A stretch of DNA of 64,000 nt from Kudoa neothunni (taxonomy: Eukaryota > Animalia > Cnidaria): NCBI GenBank assembly GCA_964304625.1, contig OZ199838.1, positions 16,599,469-16,663,468 of the forward strand. Reading direction: 5' to 3'. Within the stretch, counting starts at the first letter, position 1, and the number at the start of each line of letters is the position of its first letter. The notes under the pieces were generated by a model that ran no database searches, was not told the DNA's origin, and was given only the letters and a program-made list of their open reading frames with translations. The position numbers and the translations under genes were made by a program. This document shows positions 1 through 12,676 of this stretch, piece after piece.

Positions 1-1470
1 TTCTCCTTCTTCTGCACTTTGAGTGTTCTCATTAGTATCTTCTGTGGTAGGCTCTGTGTCGAGAGGAGTTGATTCAGCTTCGGAATCAGTTTCAGAAGCA
101 GTAGTAGGAGTTTCGGTTATAGGTTCCGGGGTAGTTGTTGGTTCGGGTAAATTAACTTCATTTATACCTTCGGTACAAACATAATTGCAAAGTGCTTCAC
201 TATCAAAGTTGTTCGCATTGCCGCCAATTCCAGTATATGCAAATCTTTTACAAACCTTTTCTGCATTATCATAATACCATCTCGGCAATGTGCTTGCTTC
301 ATTCCCATTACCAGGTTCTTTTGGTTCGCTGCATACAGGGGGTATATCACGAAAATTGGCTTCTGTTATATCGTCGTTAACTTCAAAAATTAAATAATAT
401 AATTTTAAGTAATAAAAGAAACATACGAGCAGGACAGGCACTAATACATTCGCCGGCTGTATCGAAATAATTTCTGGTTGAATCTACTTCAGTATCAACA
501 GCCAACATTTGCATACAGAATTGATTTTTAAAATTATAGTAATATTTGGTTGTTATATGCCCTTCCTTTGTTGGTTGGTATGGGTCAGATTTGCACCTTT
601 TAATTGCTGCATCATCAACTAAATTTACATATTTTTATTATATATTTTAATTGTTAGAATTACCGTGACACTTCTTTTGGCATTGAGAAAATGTCTCGAA
701 GACTCCACGTAGTCCTTCTTTTTTGTCAACGATCGCATGTACACATGTGGATTTTTCCTTGTCACGTACGATTTTGATTTCTGTTGCAGTAGCCGTATTT
801 GATGTTAAAATAGCTCCTACTTCGCAGTCAACCTTGTTGGGTATTGCGTGGGGTGCGTCAGTTGCTAAATTCAATTAAAAACAATAAAAATTAATATTAC
901 ATTACTTATGCACATGTCTTTACATGTAGCGTCACTTGGAAACGAGAACTTTGGTTCGTTACACCCCTTATAATTATATGCTTTGCATTCTCCTGTACCA
1001 CTAGCAGTAGGTCTCTTGAAATAATACCTAGTGACGTGAGTTTTTTCACAAACGTTGAAGTCGTTGTTCCCATGTTCCGTAAGGTCGCCTGTAGAGGTGC
1101 TTGTTGCTGTGCAAACATCAACTCGGCTCGCGTAGTCATACTCAACTAAATTTTTCTTGAAATAGAGAATAATAAGAAAAAGTACATTCTTTGTTGCATT
1201 CTTCTAGTGACGCAAAATTATTGAAGCTAGTCCCACCAGCTCCTTTGTACTCAAATTTTTTGCATGTAGCTGTCCTTGTATCAAGATAATATCTTATAGG
1301 ATATAATCTTAATGGTATTCTATGGTTTCTTTCAAGACTAAAATCGTATTTTGTACTTTCTAAAATTAATGAGAATGAGGTTTTTATAATGTTGAATTAC
1401 TAGTGAGAGAGGAAGAATGAAATGTGAAAGTTGAAATAATATAGATGAAAACTGTTAAGTAAAACTTCAT
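1..1470 (-). CDS. Secreted multi-Kunitz (BPTI-like) domain protein, at least 5 domains plus a T/E/P-rich stalk; 3' end runs off the window
   Basis: Manual splicing gives exons 1470-1401 (signal peptide MKFYLTVFIYIISTFTFHSSSLT), 1359-1186, 1145-906, 864-664, 618-427 and 380-<1, all with phase-1 GT-AG introns of 40-46 nt. Kunitz motifs include RYYLDTRTATCKKFEYKGAGGTSFNNFASLEEC and RWYYDNAEKVCKRFAYTGIGGNANNFDSEALCNYVC. Confidence 0.9.
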
Positions 1471-2342
1471 ATTCAGGCTAACTGAACTTCTTAATAGAAA
1501 AGATGGATTATAGTTGTATTAATTCGTGAATAATTTAATTCATAATTTAGCCCTTAATCATTTTCGCACTATTATTATCATCAATGAATCGTGTAAACCT
1601 TTCATTGTTAAAAAACAATAATGAATAAGATTGAAAATTTTTCAGCAGTAGTTTAGGCATAAGAAAATCCACATGACAGATCGAATTAATTTTATTTATT
1701 ACTGGAAATTAAAATTATACAAATTATCAATTTTATTTCATATTTTTAGTTGATAATCTTGAATTAATATATCGTAAAAAATAAATTTATATAAACTATT
1801 AAAAGATCATGGATAGGTTTGCATTAAGAGGAATCCATGTTTATACAATAATTCAAGCGTTTCTGTGTTGTATCTAAGATCGCATATAAAAGTGATAGTC
1901 TAAAATATTAACATCTCAAAAATATAAATAATTCGGTAATCATGGAGCGTGTGGCTCCAAAATTAAACACAGTTTCATATGTTCCGCATTCTCAATTTCA
2001 TTCAATATCAACGTAATGTAATTTTTAACTATTGAGCGATGAGAAAACAACACAAAAAATTATAAAATAAAACTACCAATTTTTTACTGATCGTGGACAT
2101 TCGGATGTATCGCGAATCCTCGTTATCGCCTTATATGTGACTTTACCTGGGTTTGTTCGCGTCTTATTCATCGACAATTAGTTTAATTTCTTATCCAATA
2201 TGCATAAACGGATTTTTTTATCTGCGTTTTCATTTAAAAAGTTATATTTTCTTGAGATATTTTGTACAAGCATATTTATTTATAATTTAAGACTAATGAC
2301 TAACGTTTTCATGTTTTTGATCGTTATTTCTCTAATAAAAAC

Positions 2343-2410
2343 TAGGGTTGGGCAACCGGATTTGTGTGCCGGGTCAAAATGTCAAACGGTAACCAAGGCA
2401 CGGACTGGTT
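2343..2410 (+). mobile_element. Isolated hAT-type terminal inverted repeat fragment
   Basis: tagggttgggcaaccgg resembles hAT termini (CAGGGNTGGGCAAC); no partner end established. Confidence 0.35.
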
Positions 2411-2929
2411 GACACAGAAATATTCAACTCTAGTAGGGTCCATATAATTTGCTAGGATAATACCTGTTTATTTGTATAAACCAAAATTTACTTATTGTTA
2501 TCGCGATTTCACGTAAAATAGAAGAAAAAAATCCTCCCATTGTTACATAATGGCAATGTGTACAATAAACAGTGAAACGGAATCACCTTCCATTAGAGCT
2601 GGGCCCTGTCAAAGTTTCTCTACATATTATCAGCTAGAATCCATTTAAAATTATTTTTTATTTTATGTGAATATTTATTTAATAATGTTAAGTTTATACA
2701 TCCCTGTTTAAATCGAAAAGAATGTTTTAGTAAAACCTTGTAGTTTTGTGTTATTTGTTTTGAATTGAAACTGTGATTAAAAATAAGGCACATCCTTGAA
2801 ATTGTAATCGATAATTTATAGATTTTTATTTCGTCTTTTTACTCTTTTGTGGGAAGGTGATTGTCGGTCTCCATTATAAACAGAATCCTATAATTAGCGC
2901 CAAATTATAATGTTGTTGTTGTTGTGATG

Positions 2930-3500
2930 GGAGGAAGTTCAACCCAAAGAAAGTTTTATAAACTATTTAACGACACTGATGAACTTATAAGTTTTTTAAT
3001 GGATAAAAAATTTATTCAAGGACCATCAACTCCACGCTTCAATTGTCATCGTTATAACACATAACTCTTATAAAAAGAAGGAACACCACCTGCATATCGA
3101 GTACACGAAACGGGGAAGATTATCTTCCATCATTTATCTGCAAGAAGTAATTTAATATTGAACATTCAATTGCATTGTTTTTAGATCTGATTGTAAACCC
3201 CATTTTTCAGAGAGAAACTTAACAGGTTGTGAAATAAAAGGTTGGAATAGGCAAAATTGTTCAAATTTATCCATCAAGGATATTTTTGAATTAATTTGCA
3301 TGTAGGCGATGGAAATTCCTCATGGAACAACAATTTTACTAACTGAAATTAGTGACAAGACAGTCACATTTTGGTTCGACCACGTTGAAGAAATTTGCAG
3401 AAGGCTTTTTCTTTCTCGAGCTAAAATAGGAAAAAGGTACGGTCATTAAAATCGATGAAACTCTCTTAACCCTCAAATACCTGACAAAAAAGTTACATGA
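2930..3500 (+). mobile_element. Degenerate Merlin (IS1595-like) transposase remnant
   Basis: Broken frames read DELISFLMDKKFI, KTVTFWFDHVEEICRR and KIGK.GTVIKIDETLL, matching Merlin motifs TVVDW..FCREVC and KIGG.G.IVEIDES. Confidence 0.6.
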
Positions 3501-4549
3501 ATGCTTGAAGAAGACCGCTATGCTCCGATGCAATTTAATCATAGCATAATTATATTTGAAACTATTTAACTATAAAGATAAATAAAACAATCCAACAGTT
3601 TGATTTGAGGTTTAAAAAAATAAATAACTTGCAAATATAAACTTTTATAAAATCGATATCGTAAAAATGAAACAAAATAACGTTATTTCATGAATTTCTA
3701 TACATAAAATAAATTTATCATTTTAAAAATTGTTATTTTATGATTGTAATTAGGGGGTTAATTTAGATGTTGTTTTGATTTATTAGCATAATACCATTAT
3801 TATAGACGCATAATCAATAAATGTTTTTATTTGTGACTTTAAACGATGATTTGACGTCAACGATACAAAATAATTTAATATTTTACAACATGAAACTGAA
3901 ATACATGTTCAAACTATCTATACCATCTCATTAGAATGACATTAATTCTAATCGTTTTGTCTAATATCTAAATGGGGAAATTACACGAATATGATATATT
4001 TTGGAGATATAATCAAATTTAATAAAAACATTTTAAATGCAGATAAAAATATGGTGAAGTAAAATAGAGAAATAATACTATATATTTTATTTTTTGTTAC
4101 ACACATCGCATTCTATATTTTCAATTCTGTGAGTTTCACGGACAAATTTGTTGCAACTTGAACAAATTTTCCTGCTTCTTTTCTTGATTATTGAGCGAAT
4201 ATGGCATATATCTCTTCCAGATGGAGGTTTCTTCCTTTTTATTGGGATGGTTTTAATATTGATAGACAGTTTCTATTTTGTCGGACGCGTTTTTTCTCTA
4301 AAAATAATAATTCAATGGCTACAATTTTTTCTAAAAAATATCTTTTATAAATGCAGAATATAAGTTGAGTTTCATTCATCTTTTAATTAACAATTGGGCA
4401 TAAAAATACATCGAGGATATTTTAGACTCATTCATAAGTATCATTATAAATGACATTAAATTTTTTATAAATCTATATTATTTACGTAATTAATCTAATT
4501 TTATGTGTTACAGCATCATAAACGAGTAAAATACCCTCTAGCGTGCGGT

Positions 4550-6900
4550 TGTAACGTTGATAGTCGCGAGTATAATCACTGTGGAAGGAGAGTCTGATCA
4601 AACAATTATTAATTCAGGATATTGCATCAGAACCTAAGGTCGGAAATACATTTACAAACTTCGAAAAGTCTAAAGAATTCAAGGATTATTATTCAAAGCC
4701 GAACAACTTTTGTTACTGGATCCGAGATTCTAGAAAAATCTCAACTGCCCTATAAAAATTTGATAGACTTGAACTCTGATCTTGTTTATTATTAGGCCAT
4801 TTTTTGTTGTGTTCATGGTGGTAAAAATGAAATTATCTATATAAACGTTAATGTAATTAATTTGAATTCAAATACAATCTAAGTCCCGAGAAGAGAAAAA
4901 TCAACAGCCATAGAAAGCGGTTGCAATTTCTTCATTACGTTGCGAGTTACTAAAAACATGAAGATGTTAGTTATTAGAAAATAGGATCTTACTCACAGCT
5001 GCAACAGAAATGAGCATTTTAGGGATTTTTTTACCAATGAATATAAAATTAGATGAAGAAAGAAAAAACCTTATAAAAAATGTTCATTTTTATGATGGAA
5101 ATTTAAAAGGAGTGTTTTGTCTGATATTTTGGAGTTGTTTAACTCAATAAAAAATTCTCACCCAAATGCAACTATCGAAATATTGCACAATAATTCCAAT
5201 GAGATGGTTGGAATATTTTTCCAAGACCTTTTTATATGAAAAACGTTATTATAAAATTTCCTGAACTAGTATTTATGGATGCCACTTATAAATTAATCAA
5301 TAATCGTATGCCATTATATATATATATATATGTCTGTTTATCGATTCCTTTGGGCAAAGTAAAATAGGAGCTATTGCTCTTTTATCTGAGGAGAGTACCG
5401 CGACTGTTACCTGGTTATGTCAATCTCTACTTAAACATAATGAGGAAATGTCAATTTCATTACGGATAAAGACATGATTGAAAGGAACTCTATAAGATCT
5501 GTATTTCCTAACGTAAGTACAGATCTTTTGCCTGTACCATGTCTTCAGAACATTTGGGAGAGAAATCTCTACATTAAGAATGGGAATAAACAAAGCTGAA
5601 AGAAAAACTGTCTTAGAGTTGATTCAAAAGCTTTTGCTTTTTTATACCGATGATCCAAAAATTTATGAAAATTACCATGAATTGTTAAATAAGACGTGTA
5701 ACAAAAAATTATTAGTTATTATAATAAATCTTGGGATCCAATCAAACATGAATGGGGCCCCGGCATACATAAACCTAAAGGGTACTTTTTTAAATAGAAT
5801 AAATCATCGATTAGGATGCATAAATTCCAAAATTAAACAAATCATAAAAAAATTCTCGACAATCTAATTTTTTTAAGTGATCTGCTTATTTATTTATTTA
5901 TCAAGTATGAGGACTGAGCGTGAGAGTAAAGCAGTTAGAGAGTTGACAACCCAAACTGTTGAGAAATTAAATTCAGACATTAACGACCGATATAAAACAT
6001 TGTTAACTTCATATGCGTATAATATTATGCAGGATGAAATAAATAATCATATCGAACATTATGCCAATCGTGATCCCAATAGTTGTACATGTTGTTTTCT
6101 ACGAAGTATGGAGTTACCATGTAGGCATATTATTTATGCTAGGAAAAAGAATGAACGTGAATTTATATGAAGAGAAAATTTTGTAATAAGAGATGGCAAA
6201 AAGAATATTACCTGTCATTTATTCAAATGACAAAAAATTTATATCTTCAAAATCCTTCGTGTTGTGTGCAACCAAGTATTACAGAAATTTCGAGTCAGTG
6301 CTCTGTTCCGAATTCTGCTTTTAAGCGATACAGGGAGCTAGAAATTCTTTTTAAGAAAATAGCTTCGATAGATTATGAAAAAACAGGGAGTAAATATGAT
6401 TCATTAAAAAGATTTTAGGTGAATCAATCTCTCTTATTTCCAATGGGGATTCTCTGGATAAAGTGACTATTTTTTCCACTATTCATATATCAACTTAATT
6501 TAATTCAAGTTAATGTCTGAATCTGCCAACGAAAACAATCAAGAGGTTTCAATCCCAACATGTAATTAATGATATTGTCATTAGTAGAATTTTTATTTTG
6601 TGTTTTGTTACTGAGGAATCACGAATAGAGAATGCGGATATACTAGAAGCAGTTAATGATAATGTTCCATCATAAACAACCGATACGGAGATCCCGAATA
6701 TTGTAGTTGATACCACAACTAAAAATCCATCTTTTAAGGGTGTGTATCTTTTGTCCATTTTTTCTAATCCATAAAATTATAGTAATTAAGCTGCTAACAG
6801 CAGTGAAATTGAGAGGTAGACCAAAAGGTGTATTTCAAACAGTTGTAGGTTTGAGAAAAAAAAAGAAAATTATGATTATAATAATAATTCCATCAGGAAA
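4550..6900 (+). mobile_element. Degenerate Mutator/MULE transposase (FAR1-like, MULE DDE, SWIM finger, AT-hook)
   Basis: PELVFMDATYKLINNRMPLY (~5261), SWIM CTCCFLRSMELPCRHI (ORF 5877-6170) and RGRPKG (~6812); many stops and frameshifts. Confidence 0.85.
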
Positions 6901-7049
6901 AGTTATCATAACTTATTATTTCTTTTAATTTTCCTTAATTATATCATTTAATAAAACTTACATTTATTCATGGAGTTTCAACTAGGAAGTGATTGAAGTT
7001 GCATTTCTGACATTGAATAAAACGAGAATATACACAAAAAAATTACTAA

Positions 7050-9595
7050 ACATTTTCATGAACTAATAGCTTAAGGTTCGGTTTTAGGTTGTTTGCTGAT
7101 ATCCTTATTACCGCTCCTAGGTTTTTGGGGTGACAGCAAAGACCTATTCTTGTTTTATTGATTTTCATTCGGGGGAAACTTTGCTCACAAATATAGGTTG
7201 ACCCAAACATAGAAAATATTTCTGAAGCGAAATTTATAAGACACGGAAAAACTCAGCAGGTAGCGAATTGAAAAATTCTACTAATGGAACAACAAAAAAC
7301 AATTCATTCAATAAACTAACAGATTGAACATCTATCAGTTCAAGCTGAAGCTCGCCAGGAGCCGTGCTGAAATCAACAAAGAATAACGATGTGAGTATTT
7401 GAAATTTTGGTTCAACCTGTCAGAAGTTTTAAATCTCCTATTGAACGCATCTAATAAAGATTTTAGATGGCTTTTTATTTTAAAACGAATAGCCGGAGGC
7501 ACCTTTTCTCTTGCAAGCAAAGGGAAAGTGGGTGAATTTCCATTCATTTATTTGATTTATAGAAAAAGGATAGTTTCCGCTTCGGAAAGATTTAATATGG
7601 TTGAACATTTCATAAATCATGAGTTGTTTACCCTGCAACTTTAGGTTTAATTCGTTGAGTTTTTCCAAAGATGTCAACTGCCACATAAGCTCAAACCTCC
7701 ATTCATCACAGTCTATATTATGGGTAAACTCACAAATAAAATCTTTCATTTTAAGAAAAGTCTTATTTTCTTCTCTCAGATAATAAAATCTTTTCAAAAC
7801 TTTTCCTAAAATTTACCATCGTACATTGATATGGTAGATAACATCTCTGTACTCAGAATCAAGATCATTTAATAACGATCTGAACTGACGGTGATACAGA
7901 GCTCTTAAACAAATGATGTTTATTGCGTTCACAACTGGAGTTACAATGTGGTTTAAACTTAATGCAGATTTACACAAACTTTCTTGGTGCAAAATGCAGT
8001 GAAATGACAGAAAAGCGTGGTTGGAAATATCTTTTTTTAAGTTTTTCATTCATTAGTTTAGCCATTTCCAAATTCTTTCCAATAAAGAGCTAGCGCCATC
8101 AGTTGTTACGCTTGTTAATTTACTCCAAGGTAATTCATTGTTTTCAACTGCTTTAAATACACATTCGAACTAATCAAGCAAAGTTGTTGTACTTTCTATC
8201 GCATCCATAGAAAGTAACTCTTCAGTGATACAAAAATAAGAAATTGTGCAGTGTCTCTAATATCTGTGCTTTCATCTAAAGCTAATGAATAACACACAAA
8301 TCCTTTTCTTATATCTTTTAATTGTTGGATTGAACTTTCACCTATCATTTTCCATACGATGCACAACTGTCCTTCTTGATAATGGAATATTTTCAAGCTT
8401 TTTCTTCAATTCCGGACTAGCGGCGCTAACACAATCCATTATATATTCTTTCACAAATTCGTCATCTAAAAATGGTTTGTTTCGCCGAGCAATGTTATAT
8501 GATAACATAAAACTTGCTTCATATTCGTTTTCTTGGGTTGGAGATTTCGTTTTGAATGAACTGAGTTGCTTTTGGTAACTTTCAAGGTATTTTAAGGGAG
8601 TTTGTTCCCTGTTGTTATTGTCGATTTTTTCACTGAATTCCTCATGTTTCGTTTCAAGTTTTATTTCTTTAATAAGGCGACCGATTCGAGACAACGCAAA
8701 CACACCGCTTTATTCATTGAATAGGTTAAGAAATATTTTTGAGTCCAACCATCATTAAAATTATGGTTTTCATCAACAACTGTACGCTTTAGCGAAGGCA
8801 TGCTTGCTTAATTCTACAAACACATGGAGCCAACATACTACAATTAATAAGGGAAGTTTTAGCAAGTTATCGCTCGAGAAAATTAAGTAAATGATAAAAA
8901 ACTATTCCCACATCAAACTGATAAATATTGATACACGTCTATTATAAACAATTATAGTTTAAAATCTTAGAATATCTAAAAAATTATACACATTACAAAC
9001 ATTTATCCCTTTTGAAATATTGTAATAAATGAGATTTTTGTAAGCGCAACTAATAGAATGGAAGGTAAGGATATGGTTCTTATTATGTCAAACCTAATTT
9101 ATGCATTAGTATCGCATGTTCATATGTTGTTCTATTATTTAGTTATTTTTAGATTCGTTTTGTTGTAAATTGAATCTCATGTACCAGTTGTAAACGATAT
9201 CACGTCACCCACCAATAATAACCTCATTATTATTTAGGGTAGTAGTCGTTATTGTTACTTTATTACACCAGTTTTTTCCCAAAATTGATGGCATGTTATT
9301 TTATTTTAAGCGCGTATTAGATCTTACCTCATTCACATTTACATATGATAATCATAGGAACGGTCCAAGCATAGGTAAACATCAAATCAGATGATAAAAT
9401 CGCGTAAAATTAATGTTCACAACTTCATAATACTCATCAAAAAGTAGTTTATTTATTTTTGTATGGAAGAGAAATGCTGTCTTGGCGTTACAAGATTTTG
9501 AAAACATTTACATGTTCGCGCAATTTATCAGCCTTTGAACTCGTCCACGGGCCCTCACAAAAATTCTTCGAGGGTCCACACGTTGCCCATCACTG
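7050..9595 (-). mobile_element. Degenerate hAT (GTF2IRD2/Buster-type) transposon with its 5' TIR
   Basis: ATG at 8801 (MPSLKRTVVDENHNFNDGWT), then YSLALDESTDIRDTAQ, HCILHQESLC and MFGSTYICEQSF (~7170-7210). TIR cagtgatgggcaac ends at 9595 on the minus strand. Confidence 0.9.
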
Positions 9596-10549
9596 CTTTT
9601 TATATATAAAGGAGGACTGTCGGTATGTGTATGCCTCTAAGTGTGCATATGCGATAAAAATTTTTTTCCTCATATAGAGTCATATATAAAATTTTAAAAG
9701 TTTTTGAAATTTAAAAAATTTGTTTAATTCTTTTCACACAACTACATTTCCGTAAAAGTATTTGTGAAATAGAGATTTTGTCGGGTTAAAATGTGTTAAT
9801 CGGATTATATGAATTCGATTATAGGATTAGCAACAATATGTGTCGTAGTGATAGTGAAGGTCGGTTGAAGTTAACATTCTCCCTTATACGCCAATAAAAT
9901 GTCGATTAAGCGATGCCGTCTACCTTTATGTATAAGCTTGATGTGTTTATTTTATTGTTTGCGCAAATAAACTCCTTATGTCGGGAGTTTTAACGTATTT
10001 GACTCGATAAGCACACTTGGAAGATTCTATTAATGGTTTTAGATATGAAAAAAAAGTCAATATATGCATTGTTGTTAGTGATTTGATAATGTATGTTATA
10101 ATCAGATAGATTGAAGCATTACAATGCAAATACGGCGTCCTTAGATATCATTGAAATCGTTCACTAAGTTTAACTTTAAATGATTAAATTTAATGCAGAC
10201 GGTTGTACTCCTACTTCATCTAATTATATAAATTTTTTATGTTGATATTAAAGTGATTTTTAGCTGTTTGTTTGGGGAAAAATGCACTAATGTTTATGTC
10301 ACGCCAAGCGATGTTCATTTTAGCAATATCAATGAATTTTCATACGTTTTCTTCTATCTCTGTTACTTTTTCCATTTTTTTCTCTTAAAAAGTTAGTGGC
10401 GCATATAGTTACCGAGCCGGGACAGAATTCGACTTTTAAAAATCCTCCGGGCCAAAAAATAACGTTTTAGATGACCTTAACGTATTCAGCGTTGTTGCCG
10501 AGCCACGGAATTTTTAAATGAACACCGGGATTGGAACACTCCTTCAAAG

Positions 10550-12160
10550 AAATGGTCATAACCTAAATTTCATACTCCAAATCGTTAAAGTATATTGCTT
10601 AAAACTTTGTAGTTATTTTATTTCTAGGGTTTAATTCAAAATTTCAATATATTTTTCGAATGCTATTAAAAAAATTATCCAGGCGAAATAATCGATTAGA
10701 ATTTTTCAGATAGTCGTATTAGAATAAAAAACGGGAAATATGATGAGCTTGAAAGTCTACTATTCAACTGGATTGTTCTCCAAAGTGAAAAGAAGAAAAA
10801 TATTCCTGGATTCATTATTTACGAGAAGGTTGCTATAATAGCTTAAGATCTTAAAATTTTTGATTTTAATTGCAGTAAACGTTGGTCCTCTAATTTAAGA
10901 CAAGGTATTGTTTGATAAATATCAAACAATACATGGAGAGGCTGTAAGCGCTGATATCAGTGCTATCCCCGAATTGATAAACAATAATTCTAACATCCTT
11001 GATAAATATAAACGAGAAAATATTATAACTATGGACTAAGCCCCCTTTTCTATGGGCAATTATCTCAGCGAACGTGTCACCAAGTACAAATCTGATATAA
11101 AAGGAAAAAAACAATCAAAGGGTAACAATATTGGTTATTGCTTCATGTACCGGTGAGAAATTTCCATTTTACCTGATTGGAAAATTTAAGAAGCGGCGTT
11201 GTTTCAATGGGACTAAAAATCTTCCAGTGAACTATCAGTCACAAAAAAATGGATGGATGTCCGCGGCTATATTCTAAGAAATCCCTAAAGATTTAGACAA
11301 AAAATTCGGCCAACAAAATAGAAAAGTCCTTATTAACCTTGTTCAATGTCCGTCTCATCCCAATTTAACAAATCACTTTAATAACATTGAATTGTTGTTC
11401 CTCCCTAAAATCCCCCAGTGTCCTCCAGCCAATGGATCTCGGCGGTATTCATAGCCTGAAACCAACTACCGCTTATCGTTGGCCGTGCAGTTTCTCTCTG
11501 AAGAGGATACTTCAACACCCTTCAAAAACACGATTTTGAACTGTCTTCATACGTTGATGGAAGCATGGAAAATGTCGAAGAGAAAAATTATTGAAAACTA
11601 TTTCAAGAAATTTCAGGTATTTAGACATCGTACGATTAACTAATAAATTAATACAAAATAAGGAGGATACTAATGCAGATGCGAACTCCTCACCCTAAAC
11701 AAAAATTGTTGGTAAATATCCGTTTTATGTAAATTTGTTTCGAAAAAATCTCTAGACGATTTTGGCGATATAAGTGAATTGGAGGAAGCTGCAACTGTAC
11801 ACGAAGACGCATCACATCACATCACATCACATCATTTCGATAAAGATATTTATATTGTTTCAAAATGGGATGGAAATCCGGATTTTTATGAAAATAATGA
11901 TACAATTAGATTGGCCCAATTAAAAGATGCTATAAATATTATCAGAATAGCATTTATGCATGAGAATATTGCAGCTTTAATCTATACTCATCCCATAATA
12001 GAAGAAATATATAAAGGATTATTAGAAATAGGGTAAGTCTAAAAAATAGATGACTTTTTGGCAAAAATTAACATTTTCCGTTGTTTGAGCGATCACATGT
12101 CTCGACATTACGTGGAAAATTCCTATTCCCACAAAACCACGCAACATCGAAACCTTATTG
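10550..12160 (+). mobile_element. Degenerate pogo/Tigger (CENP-B HTH + DDE_1) transposon
   Basis: Motifs IHGEAVSAD, TGEKFPFYLIGKFKKRRCF, NGWMSAAIF and VLQPMDLGGIHSLK; 3' TIR-like end ...aaccttattg followed by TA at 12161. Confidence 0.85.
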
Positions 12161-12451
12161 TATTTAATTTTTGAAAACATCACAAAAGAATTGATTGATC
12201 ACGACCTATTATTGCGAAAAACCAACAAGGCCTACACAATAAGATCTCTACATCCCACATCAAGTAGGAAACCTCGTATTTATTCGCAGAAGGATTAGTG
12301 ATGTTATGAATATATCCATGGTGACATCTGTGTAATTCGGAATTAATAAATAAAAAATCGATTAAGTAGTTGTCTTTATTTTCGAGGGTATTTATATTTT
12401 TGGGGAAGGAAAAAACGTTAATACAATAGAATAATTAAAAGCTTATTTTTG

Positions 12452-12535
12452 CTGACCAATCAAACCCATTGACACACAGCACACTCGCTCACCTGCACTT
12501 TAGTGTTATTGATAGGTGGAGTAAGCTGATTGGAC
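12452..12535. promoter_or_regulatory. Two CCAAT-box-like motifs upstream of SBF
   Basis: gaccaatca (~12454) and ctgattgga (~12526), 150-220 nt before the ATG at 12677. Confidence 0.3.
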
Positions 12536-12676
12536 GATTGTTATCCTTTAATTCGGTGGCTGATCTTCGAGGTTAGATCTCGGAATCATAATAAGATTTA
12601 GTTGGTTAGAGTCGGAATTCGCGTGTACTAATTCTCCACAAAGTGACGTTAAGTTTTGTTCGATTTGAGTGGGTCG

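Noticed and set aside
162-1145. ORF-track proteins 162-350, 192-380 and 906-1145
   Set aside because: Wrong-frame or antisense shadows of the spliced Kunitz gene.
2343-9595. One giant hAT element bounded by the TIR-like sequences at 2343 and 9595 with nested Merlin and MULE
   Set aside because: The TIRs differ at 3 of 14 positions, the sub-terminal sequences differ, and the flanks (ataaaaac versus ctttttat) are not a direct 8-bp TSD.
9600-10400. Possible Helitron 5' end (tatatataaaggaggactgtcggtatg) and decayed ORF
   Set aside because: No Rep/helicase motif and no 3' hairpin-CTAG terminus could be identified.
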